Origin: Hydrolagus affinis
Lineage: Eukaryota
Assembly: GCA_012026655.1 (NCBI GenBank)
Contig: JAAILG010001611.1
Coordinates: forward strand, 1-64,000
DNA length: 64,000 bases
Direction: 5' to 3'
This document shows, piece by piece, positions 27,385-39,295 of this stretch. The first letter of the stretch is position 1, and each line of letters opens with the position of its first letter. The notes under the pieces were generated by a model. It was not told the DNA's origin, did no database searches, and was given only the letters and a program-made list of their open reading frames with translations. A program made the translations under genes and the position numbers.

Positions 27385-27670
27385 TTTGTATAGCACCTTT
27401 CACATCAGGACGACATCCGAAGGCGCTGGACAATCAGTGTTTTGGTCGGGATGTGGGAGGGTGCTCACTGGGGCGGGTGGGGGGGAAGGTAGCCAAAGGC
27501 ATGCTCGAAAAGGAAGACCCTAAGACGGGTCTTGAAGGAGGCATAGTAGGGGGTGAGGCGGAGATACTGCAAGATGGAGTTTCAGAGGGTGGAGGTAGAG
27601 TGGTATTAGGCCCACCTACCAATCATGGGATGGGCGAGGCAGGGGTCGTGAAGTAGGCCACAGTCCCCTG
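27385..27670 (-). mobile_element. L2 LINE 3' fragment
   Basis: Similar to 53055 and 55615 copies, with shared tail stem-loop (tgtatagcacctttcacatcaggacgacatccgaaggcgct). Confidence 0.65.
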
Positions 27671-28897
27671 AATAAACAACTTAAACTACTGTCCTGTCAA
27701 CTTTATTGCTTATACTGATACCTATACAACAGTCACTTATGCATTACTGTACTTTTTTTTAACGTGAGTGAGGGGCGAAGCAGGATCTCTGTGGTGTTGA
27801 TCTGACTCTAAAGTAATGTAGGTGGCTGTAGACTATTAAAATCAAATCAATCCTCATCGTATTCTTGGTAATCTGGTTCCGGAGCAAAAAGCAGCAAAGA
27901 GCAGTACAGTATTCCAGTAGGCCACCCTACATGCAGCCTTCCAACCACGTTCCTTGTTGACCATTGAGTTAAGGCACCCATTGATGCAGCATTAAGACAT
28001 ACAGACGAGACGAAGACCAGTTCAAATCATTGATTTGTGGCTGGGCAGCCGTTTGGGTGCTGCAAATCAGCTCAGTATGTTGAGCGGAGGGTGGGGGGGG
28101 AGGGGTAATAAAGAAACCAAGGTTATTTTTCTTGATCACTGTCCATCAATGTTTACTTTAAAGTGTGCATGTATGGACATGAGCTGATAATAGGTCAAGA
28201 CTGCCAATTAATATACCAATCATATGCTCACAAATAACCTCTAAACCCTGTATTATTACCTCAGTGCAATGCTCTATGACCACAATGTGCTTCAGGCAAC
28301 TTGTATGGTGAAACAAAGAGTATCAAGTCATGCCGGTGATCTACCAGTGAAGGAGCTGTTTAGAATTATGGTGATTAAGAGAAGGAAGACCTGGCTGGCA
28401 ATCCTCCAGATAAAATTGGTCATCTCATCTCCTGGCTGTTAGTGGGTTTTGGGTGTGAGCAAATAGGCTGCCACGTTTCCTACAGATATACAATTATATA
28501 TTTACAATAAATGTTATAAAGTGCTTTGAGGCATCTCGACACATTAAGATACTATATCAAATGTTATTAATGTTATTATTATCATTAAGGCGTTACATAA
28601 TAATAATCCTTGCTTTTGATATTGTATCCTATCACATCATCAAGACATCTCAAAGCCCAGCACAGAATATACAGTAAAGTGTGGTGACTGTATACTTTTA
28701 AGGGCAGCCAACCACTCACAGCAGCGTCCCACAAAGTCGTTATTATTATAATAATCATTGCATTTGATGTAGCGCCTTATCAAGTTGGCTTCACAGAAGT
28801 GTTTCCAAAATGAGGGCGGTATTTTAGGAATTTGCAAACAAAAAGCAGGACTGAAATAGCGACTTTCCCAATTCTCTTACGACTGTTTGGAGAATGC

Positions 28898-29027
28898 TGC
28901 AATCCTGGGGGAGGGGGCAGGTTTAATCCTGAGGGAAGGGAGAAGGTGTAATTCCTGCGGGGGTGGGGGGAGTATAATCTTGAGGGCAGGGAGCAGGTAC
29001 AATCCCGAGGAGGTGGGGGTGGCAGGT
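28898..29027 (+). repeat. Degenerate ~24-25 bp G-rich tandem repeat in the LACTB promoter
   Basis: About 5 units of (T)AATCCTGAGGG..GGG..GCAGGT. Confidence 0.65.
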
Positions 29028-29194
29028 GAAATGTGCCGGGCTGACACTGAACTTGCACTCTTGTGAGCAATCGATGCTGGATTGTTTGGGGCTGGCGGTG
29101 GGCTGCTGTGTTCATCGCTGCTCGGGAGTCTCGTTCAAAAGGCCTTCAGCTCTCCCGCGCCACCGCTCCCCCCCACTAATCGACCGGTTTCGCC

Positions 29195-29614
29195 ATGTCC
29201 AGCTCCCTGTGCCGGTTGTTGGAGCCTCTGGTCGCCCGCGGTGGCCGGCCGCAGCCTGTGAGCTTGTCGCGGGAGTGGCGGAGTGTCGGCGGGGGCGGGA
29301 GGCCTCCATGGTGCAGCTCTCCGCTGTCTCCCACCGGAGGCCTCGGGGTGGGAAGCCGCCGCTGCTTCACCCTCCGGCGCCCGGGTGTGTATGGCCGGGA
29401 GCGGGCTGGGAGTTGGTGGCTGGGGGTTGGAGTTGGAATGGGTTTAGGTTTAACCCTCACCCTTCGCCAACATTTCCCGTGCCTGCGATCTGAATGTCAG
29501 GAGGAGATTCCGGGAGAGGAACAACAACAAATACAAGTTCATGTACCACAACCAGCAGCTGCCAAGTTTTCATCAGCCATTAAAAACAGTCGAGAATTGC
29601 TCCAGCGAATAAAG
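29195..29614 (+). CDS. LACTB: Serine beta-lactamase-like protein LACTB, mitochondrial, exon 1
   Basis: CpG island; Arg/Ser-rich presequence, hydrophobic WWLGVGVGMGLGL segment, ends FSSAIKNSRELLQRIK|GTGAGC. Confidence 0.9.
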
Positions 29615-30529
29615 GTGAGCGGTAGCATCTCCTTACCTGCATTGAAGAGAAACTTTTGTCTTTGATTTCCCAAGGCTATGTTAAATCCCAAAAATCTGCT
29701 TTCCTTTAGCATAAAATACCGAGGTTTCCCCACCACCACCCCCACCCCGCACATCCTCACAATACTGTAATCATAATAAAAATTCCTGCATTTGATATAG
29801 CACCCGATCACCTTTGAGATGTCTCGAAAAGCGCTTCACGGAATCCCCACAAAATATTTTATTATTATTCAAATATACAGTCGATTCACTTTACAGAATA
29901 TTCTGTGAAGCGCCTTGAGACGTCTAGAAGGGAAAAGCACCTATATCAAATGCAAGGATTATTATTATTATATTGCAAAGTGAATTGGCTGTGTATTTGT
30001 GGGTGAACTGTGGCGGCCAGCTTATTGTACTGTATTACAGTATTGTACTGAAGCAGTTAATTTTCACCACTGTCTGACCTTCCATTGGTGAAATACCGTG
30101 CTTCACAGTTCAGTATATCATATGAAGTGCTTTGAGCCATCTCAGCGATGTGACATGAAGCAAATATCAAATGCAAGCAATATTATCATGTACAGAAATT
30201 TCCGTGTAATGTATCTGGTATGGAGTGTGCGCCATTTCTCTCTGGAGGGGTGCCAACTTTTCGCTTAAAGGAAGCGCTCTGGGACGCTACTCTGCGTGAA
30301 GGGCGCTACATCAATTGCAAGTGGTTGTCATTAATCCGAAGATTTGACAAGATTCTGTCCACAATCCCACATGCTGATGGATGGATGGTTCCACCAGTAG
30401 AAGGTCGGGTGGTTTCGACAAGAGTGACTTACCTAATGCAGCGACTCATCTGTGTTGTTGTTAGCACCCTGAATATCTCCCTTCCCCAACTCCCCCAACC
30501 CTTTTCCAATTGAAGCAAACTATTTAAGA

Positions 30530-30800
30530 TGCACGGGGCAGTCGGCTGGGCAGATGGAGCCCAGCGGTGACAGAGGAGGCCGCGGTGTCTGTGACGTCAA
30601 GCGCCTGACTCCCACCTTGTTGACATTCAAACGTCGGTTTGAATCCGCCTCGCGACCGCGTTCCATTAACGGCTCCGGGACCAACGGCTGCATTTGGCTC
30701 CGAAACTCCGCTTGTCTTTAGCCCTCCCCTACACACACACATACACATTACTCCTCACATACACACACACACACCGCTGAAGAGGGAGAAAAGCTAACCA
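30530..30800 (+). promoter_or_regulatory. Candidate CpG-rich promoter of the nested IF gene
   Basis: Local CpG enrichment in an AT-rich intron; perfect CRE TGACGTCA at 30592-30599; E-box CAGATG at 30551. Confidence 0.5.
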
Positions 30801-30875
30801 CCGGTGGACCTCTATGACCTAGGTACTCCTACCCCTCCAACCTCTCTACCTCCAGTAGCCGGTGTATCAGCAGCG

Positions 30876-31892
30876 ATGTTTTCCAGGACCTCGTCGCCGG
30901 GGTCGGGACCCAGCTGCCAGGACCGAAACAGCGCCGACTTGACGGGAGAAAACGTCGAGCGCGACTTCCACGAGGGTATCCAGGAGGGTAAGGAGCAGAT
31001 CAAGGACCTGAACGACCGCTTCGCCAAATACATCAACAACACGGTGATGAACCTGCAGCGCAAAAACAAGGAGCTGCTGTCCGAGCTGAAGCGGGTGGAG
31101 CGAGAGGAGTTCGGCGCCGTGGAGAAGGTCTTCCAGAAAGACAACCAGGACTTCCAATGCAGGATGGACGAGCTCCAGAACGAACTGGTGCTGTTGAAGC
31201 TGGACACGGACAAGATCAAAGCCCGACTGGACAAAGAGATCCAGCAAAAGAGGGAATACGAGAAGGACTTCCAGGACCTGAAGAAGAAATATGACGATGC
31301 TCTGGTTCTCCTGGAGAGGCTCCAGTGCCAGTGCAAGCTCCTGGAGGCTCAATTGGCGCAGCTGAAGATAGTCCGGGATCAAGAGCGCATTTACTGGCAG
31401 CAGAAGATCGACAACCTGCAGAACCTGGATCAGGTGGATACCAACACCCTGGACCTGGAGCAGGCGCTGAGGAACATGCGCAGCGAATACGAGCAGTTGG
31501 CCAAGAGGAACAAGGAAGAACTGGAGAGGTACAAGCAGAAGTTTGAGGAGAGTAGCAATCCATTGCAAAGGATCAAGAAAGAGACCGAGGCGTACCGCAT
31601 TGCCCTGATCGATTTGAGAATCCGGGATGAATTGCACAAGAGCCAACTGCAGGAGAAGGAGCGAGAGATCAATCGGATCAAGGAATACAATAAAACACTG
31701 GAGAAGAATGTTGAGGTTCATGCCACCGAATATCAGACCCTGCTCAACGTTAAGAATGGGCTTGAGCACGAGCTCTGTGGTTACAAGAGTCTTTTGAATC
31801 AAGTGGAAAAGAAGTCAAGGGACTATTCCTCTCCACCTTGCATAACCGCGGCCCCCAAAGCTACAGAAGATATCAATAAGATGTGGGCTTAG
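30876..31892 (+). CDS. Divergent intronless cytoplasmic intermediate-filament protein (338 aa), nested in LACTB intron 1
   Basis: Coil-1A motif KEQIKDLNDRFAKYI, coil-2 start DLEQALRNMRSEYEQLAKRN..YKQKF, rod-end EYQTLLNVKNGLEHELCGYKSLL; uninterrupted ORF (open from GTG 30804, first in-frame ATG 30876); AATAAA at 32532. Confidence 0.88.
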   Translation: MFSRTSSPGSGPSCQDRNSADLTGENVERDFHEGIQEGKEQIKDLNDRFAKYINNTVMNLQRKNKELLSELKRVEREEFGAVEKVFQKDNQDFQCRMDELQNELVLLKLDTDKIKARLDKEIQQKREYEKDFQDLKKKYDDALVLLERLQCQCKLLEAQLAQLKIVRDQERIYWQQKIDNLQNLDQVDTNTLDLEQALRNMRSEYEQLAKRNKEELERYKQKFEESSNPLQRIKKETEAYRIALIDLRIRDELHKSQLQEKEREINRIKEYNKTLEKNVEVHATEYQTLLNVKNGLEHELCGYKSLLNQVEKKSRDYSSPPCITAAPKATEDINKMWA

Positions 31893-33289
31893 TGCATTTA
31901 GCGTACCCATTGTTAGAACACTTGGAACTTGCTTTAACATATTTTCTGACCATTGTAAAGCGTAACAAACAAAACTTTGAATTTGATTAATATATTAATA
32001 ACTGCTGAATCTGTTATCAGCTACAGGAAATTGTTTTTAGTCTTCAATGTTTCTTTCAATTATTTTGCTCATTAGATATATATTCATACAGGTGTTTTCC
32101 TAATTTGTAAAATGGAACATAGGCTAAAATCCGTTTTATTCAAAACAGCTCAACTGTAGTCATACTACAGATGAATAGAATTAAACGTTTTGGGTATCCT
32201 AAGCCATATACAGTACTATATGCTTTGGTCACATATACTGTTGGTGCAGTATTGGTAGTACGTAATTAGATAAAAGTAGCTTTTGGGACTAACTACATCA
32301 AATTGGTTGGTGTCAGTGACTCTTTCATTTTCCTTGAATATTTAGCTTGATCACAATTTTTTTTGATAATCAGAGGTCCATGATGTGCTTTGCAGTTGCG
32401 ACAAATGAGTAATAATACTATTTTAGGTTTCCATGTATCCTTTTCATTCATATTAGTGTTAACTTTAATAACTTAACTCTTATTAAAAGTACGTAACAAA
32501 TATTAACTATGCTTTCTGTTTTTTCTGATAAAATAAATCTGAAAAAATTTTTTGGCTTGTATATCTTTTATTGAAAAAAATTGCGATGTTCAAGATCTGT
32601 TATCACCTGGAGTCATTTAAGAAAAAATCTGCTCACATTCCCTAAGCCCATGGGAGTTGATGCCCCATAGAAGTTAGTTTAGGAATTCTCTCCAACCTTG
32701 AGGAATGTTGACTACAAATATATAGTCACTCCATTTCACAGTAAATCTTTTAAAGTCCTTTGAGATATCTTCCTGACATGACAAGGCACTATATCAAATG
32801 CAAGAATTATTATAAATTGAATTTTGCATTGCTGTCACTTAAAATAAACTTTACAGTTGAATGCATTAGATTTTTTTCTCTGCCCTCGTTCTGTTTCTTT
32901 TTGGGTCCATGGTGAAACTGGTTTATTGTCTGGCCGCACCTAATTTCAGGAACAAATATATCAAATTGGGTGTTTTCTCCTTCCGTACTTGAGATTGACA
33001 GTACAGTAGTTGAATAACTTACACAAGTGTACACTCCTCCAATGGAGTTAGCAACTCTAACCTCAGTTGGTTGCTCCCTTCCCATACATCCCCTTTTGTA
33101 ATTCCTCATTGGTTATCCAGTTTCCTTTAAAATGTTATTTTGGTCCCGAGCCTCAACCAAAATGACTACATAAGAAAATCATTTGAAGAATAATAATAAT
33201 AATATGAATAATTTACATGTACTCAAATCTAAATGAAGCTATTTATAAATAAATAAAAATAAATATTTTATTTAAAAAATAAAAATAAT

Positions 33290-33471
33290 AAATTGGTCAT
33301 TTCAATCCATGACTGTGGGACACTGCTGTGCGCAATTGGCTGCTGTATTTCGCCCACAAATATACAGTCAATTCACTTTACTGTACCAGTATATTCTGTG
33401 AGCGCTTTGAGATGTCTAGAAGACATGAAAAGCGCTATATTAAATGCAAGGATTATTATTATTATTATTAT
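33290..33471 (+). mobile_element. SINE 3' half
   Basis: Same family: aattggtcatttcaatcc...gcgctatattaaatgcaaggattattatt. Confidence 0.8.
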
Positions 33472-33554
33472 GAGTCAATTTGTTTGGCCCCTAGTGGAAC
33501 TGAGAACTGCTTTCCATTTATAAGCAAAAACGTATCTTTGATAAGCTGTCAACT

Positions 33555-34060
33555 GATTCAATTGATATCACTCTTGCCTCTGAAACAGATGGTTGTGGGT
33601 TCAAGCCCCACTCTGCTGCATTGTCCCTTGGATGAGACTTTGAACCGAAGTCTGGGTTTTATTCGCCCACAAAATATACAGTCAATTCACTTTATGGTAT
33701 ATTTTGTGAAGCACTTTGATACGTCTAGAAAACATGAAAAGCACCAAATCAAATGCAAGGATTGCTATTATTGTTATTATCTACCTGTTCACATGGCTGT
33801 TAAAGATCCCAAGACCCTATTTGGAAAGAGAATTTACTCCTGGTGACCTGCCTCAAAGATCTTCCAGAGAAAAGTAACTCGCAGATGAATATAAATGATA
33901 TCGAAATGAAAAAAGGTAGTATGCCAAACTACTTTTCGTGAAATGGCTGTTTGTGAGACATTGTTATGTCCAAGCTGCCTGCCACACTTGCCTGCAACTA
34001 CATAACCACAGTGAATCCTGCAAATGGCTTTGAGAAATTCCGTCATGTATTTTGACAATT
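33555..34060 (+). mobile_element. Old DeuSINE-like element interrupted by a younger SINE tail (33660-33780)
   Basis: tRNA-like head CTCTTGCCTCTGAAACAGATGGTTGTGGGTTCAAGCCCCACTC, then TTGGATGAGAC...TAAAGATCCC...GCTGTTTGTGAGAC...GCTGCC, resembling Deu-domain SINEs. Confidence 0.6.
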
Positions 34061-34624
34061 AAAGTAAAGGACTTAATTATTAAACTGCAGTATTAAACTG
34101 CAGTGCTCTACAAACCATCAGAATCCAGCATTTTGGAAAGAGTTCTTAATAATTTTGTTAATTAAAACAAGTTTGTTTATCAAAAGGGCTTCATCAGGTT
34201 GGAGTGGTGAGTCCAGTTCTTGCCATCGCAGGCTTGAAGAGGCTATATGAAAGCTTGAAAAATAGACTAGTTGGATGAAGTGACTTGAAAATTTGGGAAG
34301 GTTTGCTGGAAAAAGAAGGGAGGAGGAATACAATTCAAGTTTTCTAAATTATGGTGTCTCCAGGATAGATTCTATTCCATAGTCATTAGATTGGATGATC
34401 TAATCCTGTTCTGCACTCAACTCATTAAATTATTGTTGATGAGAGTGAAGTGACCTTTTGAGATGAGTTTAATTGTATTTATGAAATTAACATTTACCTT
34501 TTCTAATATGTTATGGTACAATTAACTATTATGTAGCATAGGTTTATATCGTTATTTAAAATTGCCTGAACAAAGAGACATTCATTTTGTCCCAATAACA
34601 GTTATTTTTTTCCCCTTGGTGTAG

Positions 34625-34691
34625 GATGAAATGGCTATCCCTGGGATAATTGTTGGGGTTGCAGTCGATGGAAAGGAAGTTTGGGCCGAAG
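34625..34691 (+). CDS. LACTB: LACTB exon 2
   Basis: DEMAIPGIIVGVAVDGKEVWAE; 67 nt. Confidence 0.93.
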
Positions 34692-35908
34692 GTTTGTATT
34701 GTGTGGATGTTTGATAAACAGTGCCAGAAAGCAACCATTTTTAATAAAGGAGTGGATCTTATGACTAAAAAGTTGTCCATTAAAGGAAAATATATATTTT
34801 AGTAGGTTACAGGGGAAGTGCAGGTATTTCAGTTTATTTGCTTTCCTGCCCAAACTAACAAAAGCTGCACATAGACACCTTATTATAATAAAATAAAATG
34901 CTATTTTATTTGCATGAATTGACATTGACCTTTCTTTACAATCTGCTGAAAAAGCTGACAACATTTGTGTACTATTATATCATGGTCTAGTTCCTGAGAG
35001 CATTGAGTAGATGTAATTTACCACCAGTTTTTCATCATCATTACACGTTATTCTTTTAGCTACACCGTGCTCACTGCACCCATATTTTCAGAACAAAATG
35101 CAAATACTGTCAGCGAAAGAGTTCACATAAAAAGAATGGTCACTTGTATAAGGTGGCGCCCATGGAAACATGCTGACAGTAGAGAGAAAAATAATTAAAG
35201 TAGCTTTCGGAGAGGAGAAGCATTGCTGGAATAATGTATTAGCAACTGAGTTTTGGAATCTTTTGGAAAACCGAGTGATAATATATTAAAAGAAAACAAG
35301 GGAAATCGATTTACTGTGAGTGAAAAGTTTGAAAAAAGACAAAAGTGCTGTATTTACTAGAATGCATTTCAAGTACTAAATTGATATGGACTCTTTGGTT
35401 TATTTTTAAGCGAATGAAATAACTGAACTTTAACTAACACCACAAGAAAAGGAGAAACAAAATAACACAGATTTTGAAAAAAGAACTAGTAGCGTGCCAG
35501 GCTATATTTTTGCAGTTAGTGGGGAATTCTTCCTCTCTCTGGACTGATGTGAAAGGCGCTATACAAATGTAATTTTGTTGTTGTTGAATAAATTTATACA
35601 GCGTGGAAATACAATAGTTAGTAATCAAACACAATACAATCCATAACTAATGAGTAAGAGCTTTAACAATGACTGTAATTGCTTTGATTTTTCCCTAGAA
35701 TTGTTTTTTTAAACTGAAAACAAAGAACTCTATTATTCAGCCAAGAATGGTGCTATTTATATAAATGGAAATATTATGGTATTGCTTTGATAGTCAAGAT
35801 AATTGTACGTTGTTTTGCTTAAGATTAGTACAATTTGAATATTTGTTTTGCAGTGTTTCTGAACCAGCTTTTCACGACTACAGTTATTATTCTGACTATT
35901 ATTTTAAG

Positions 35909-36099
35909 GTTTGGGATATGCCGATGTGGAAAACCGTGTGCTATGTAAGCCAGAGACAGTTATGAGAATTGCCAGCATCAGTAAGTCTCTTACTATGGCC
36001 GCCATTGCCAAGCTGTGGGAAGAAGGAAAACTGGATCTAGATGTTCCTGTGCAGAAATATGTCCCAGAATTCCCAGAAAAAGAATATGAAGGAGAGAAA
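35909..36099 (+). CDS. LACTB: LACTB exon 3 (catalytic SxxK motif)
   Basis: GLGYADVENRVLCKPETVMRIASISKSLTMAAIAKLWEEGKLDLD...EYEGEK; 191 nt. Confidence 0.96.
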
Positions 36100-36692
36100 G
36101 TAAGAAGTTTTTACAATGCAAGATTACTATCAAAACCTTCACTTATTGCTTTATGTTTGACAATACCCATAGATTAATGTCAGTATTCATTAACTGACAC
36201 TGCTTGTGTCTTTGATGACAGTAACTAATTGTTATGCAGACTTTATGTTAACTTCACAGCATCTGTATTAAACAAGAATGTAATATTGAGGAAGGAATTT
36301 AATGATAAAGTAGGAGTCCCAAGCTTTGTTTACAATGTTAGGAAATCTTACTTATTTTTAGTCCCAATTTTTCTTAAAAACAATAAATTTGAAAATGTGG
36401 TTATGGTTAAGATTTGCATATAGGATGTTGTAGATCTTTACCAATTAACGGATTTTGACTTTGAAGATGCTGTAGGCCAGTTGCACTACAGATTTTGCAT
36501 TGATTTTGGTGTTGAACTAATGCATGCCTGAAGAATTACTGTGGATTTACAGAAGCAGTCCGTAATATTTATAACATATCATAGTTTGCCAGGACACACA
36601 TGCAGTTTATTGTAATTATTATTTCATTTTTTAAGAAACGGAAATGTTCCAACTGTAACCTATTTCTATGCCTTATGCCCATCTTGCAACAG

Positions 36693-37044
36693 GTAACGAT
36701 AACAGTAAGACTGTTAGTATCTCATCTAAGTGGTATCCGTCACTACGAGAAGGATGTTAACAAAATCAAAGCACAAAAGGAAAACAGAAACAAGCTCATT
36801 AAAGCCGGATCTTCCACTCAAGATAGTAAAGAAAGGAAATCTGTGGAAGGTGCAAAGGAGAAACTAGAGGGCACAGGGAAAGTTCAAGGTGAAGGAGGTA
36901 CAAAATCAGAAATTAAGGAAAATGAAGCAAAATCTCAACAAAAAAAGGAGTTTGAACACGAAGAGTACTACATGAAAGAAAGATTTGAGAACGTGACTAA
37001 ATCACTCTCACTCTTTCAAAATGATCCTTTGGTTTTCAACCCAG
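36693..37044 (+). CDS. LACTB: LACTB exon 4
   Basis: VTITVRLLVSHLSGIRHYEKD + K/E-rich loop + EFEHEEYYMKERF...FQNDPLVFNP; 352 nt. Confidence 0.95.
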
Positions 37045-37436
37045 GTAAAAATAAGCTCCAACTTTGTGTGTTTGTTTTACAAAGAGACAGTTTCTCAGAA
37101 TGACTGTTTTTCAGATTTTTCTTTTCACTCCCACACCGTGGGGAAATGTTTCTCGTCCTTATGGAGATATAGCTGATATCAGGATCGTATCCTATGTGAA
37201 ACAATGGAGCATCAGGCATAAGTTTTGAAGCTCTAATTTACACGTCTTTTTACCTATTATAATGTCAGTGCAAATTGATAAAGATGTCATCATTAGCTGA
37301 TCACCTTCCAATCGTATTCTGATATAATATCAGTTACTGCTGTCATTGAATCTATTCAAATAGGTTATTGAATAATATTGCATGTTGCATAGTATGCATA
37401 GGCAATTTATGAGAGATTATTATTTCTGCTTCAAAG

Positions 37437-37602
37437 GCACTCAATTCCTGTACTCAACACATGGCTGGACGCTTCTCAGTGCGGTGGTGGAAAGAGTCAC
37501 TGGACAGAATTTCTTGGAATTCATGAAGAAACTGTTTCGAGATATCGGCATGCTCAGAACGGTGCCTGAAGAACAAGAACCAATTATATACAACCGATCA
37601 AG
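37437..37602 (+). CDS. LACTB: LACTB exon 5 (YST motif)
   Basis: GTQFLYSTHGWTLLSAVVERV...EPIIYNRSR; 166 nt. Confidence 0.95.
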
Positions 37603-39134
37603 GTAACCCGCTCTGCAAGAGTGAGGGTCATGACATCCTCAGTAATTGAACCAATAGACATGATCTGGAAAATGTTTCATCGAATTTTATATTTGTTTAT
37701 ATGGGGCGGAATTTTTTCAACTTCAAAAGAACCTCTCTGACCTACCTATTTGGCAAACGTTGTTTTTGCAGCCTATGTCTTGGGCGCATAGATTGCTGCT
37801 TTATTAATACTAAATGTTATAATTGTCAGTATTTTTCTTGAGATCTGGTATAGTACTGTTGACATGTCTCAATAACTGCTTTTGTCTGAACCAACCTTGC
37901 ACCATATCTTTCAGTTCCCGGCCAGTTTTGCTAATATAAAGAGAGGAGGGCTTAAAGAAAGCAGATGAAACTCAAAACCTTGGAAGGTCTTTTCATGATT
38001 CTTTTTAAAGGTCTATCTTAGTGGTGGCCAACCTCTGATTATTTTGTTAGCTGACCAAAAGAGTTGAACTCACAACATTAGTTTGAGCTGGACATTTTTG
38101 ATGGGTTGGTGTCTCTTGTTAATTAAATTTCCCAATATTTATCATTCATACAATAATTTGGTTTGATTGCTGAGTTTGATTACCGGTACTTGATAATTTA
38201 TTATTAGAAAATGCAGTGGCGATTTGATCTGGGTTTTGTGCTTTTACCCTAGTTCCATTCCATTGTGTTGCTTTGTGGTGAAGTCCAAATCAGATATCAA
38301 GAGGCAATGTTAGGTTTGGAGTGAATAATTCTGATGTCTTTTGTGAGTTGTCTGAGAAGCAGTTGCAGATTTGGAATGTATGTGAATTTTCAGCCATGTA
38401 AGGTTTTACTAAAAAGAATGGGTCATCGGAGCCTTTGATTCCTCTCATCTGGTGCAATCTGTAGGAATCTGCCGATTGTGCTGTCTTGCTCAGCAGTAAT
38501 TGTGTTACTCAGCCACAAGATTCCATCTGAAGTTGCCAGAATGAGACTGGTGTGCGTGGCCTCAGCTGTCAGCTTTGATTTGGGAGAGGATTTGTTCAAT
38601 TGGATTGAGGCAAAAGATTAAAAAAGTTCAGGAAGAGCTCATTTTTCTTTGGTTTGGAATAATGGAAATACTCAAGTCAAAATTTTCGATACAGTGGACA
38701 TTTCGTTCTTTCTAAATTCCTCTTTAAGTGGTACATGTATATTAGTTTTTCGGCTAAAGTTTATTTGACATTTCGTAAATTATAAGTGTAAAAATGATCT
38801 GACGTGTGCTTTATTCTAAAAGTCTGTCAAAAGATACTTGGCTGGAGCAAGCTATCACTGAATTACTATTAATTCTGTTGGGATTTGAGTTGGAACATTT
38901 ACAGTATAAAACAAAAGTACACAATATGCACTTGGAGAAGTAAAGATTTATACTAAAGGGAACCTTTAATGATAATTTAGCTATGTTTAAAACATTGTTT
39001 AAATTGTATGCATTTACCTTTGAGTAGATTTTCTGTTTCATATATTTTCAGTTAAAATGATTCCATATTTGGAGGGGTAACAGAGTGTCTCCTAAAATTG
39101 GAATCAATGGAATGTGTCTGTTTCTGAACTACTC

Positions 39135-39295
39135 TCCCGACGTGAGGCTTGAACCCATAACCTTTCGACTCAACCACAACAACAACAACAACAAAATTAC
39201 ACTTGTATAGCGCCTTTCACGTCGGGAGGACGTCCCAAGGCGCTGGACGGTCAATACCCAAAGATGAGAGTGCTACTAACTCAGTCAGGCTAACA
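39135..39295 (-). mobile_element. tRNA-like SINE head split by an inserted L2 tail (~39171-39262)
   Basis: Minus strand GTAGCACTCTCATCT|...|GAGTCGAAAGGTTATGGGTTCAAGCCTC with an L2 3' stem-loop/(GTT)n between. Confidence 0.55.

Noticed and set aside
30804-30875. GTG start called by the ORF track
   Set aside because: Eukaryotic gene; the first in-frame ATG at 30876 has a purine at -3 and is preferred, though an N-terminal extension cannot be excluded
29614-30890. In-frame LACTB exon 1 (mitochondrial presequence)-IF fusion
   Set aside because: LACTB exon 1 ends in phase 0, but the AG acceptors at 30855, 30858, 30870, 30873 (phase 1) and 30886 (phase 2) are all out of frame with the IF ORF; the 30855 site is followed directly by TAG
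30867-31802. 311-aa ORF antisense to the IF gene (and 174-aa ORF 30812..31336)
   Set aside because: Shadow ORFs expected opposite a GC3-rich coiled-coil gene; Leu/Val/Ser-rich with no recognisable motif
32538-32585. Poly(A) remnant/TSD of the IF retro-insertion
   Set aside because: Only short A runs and no matching direct repeat upstream; the retrogene origin rests on intron absence alone
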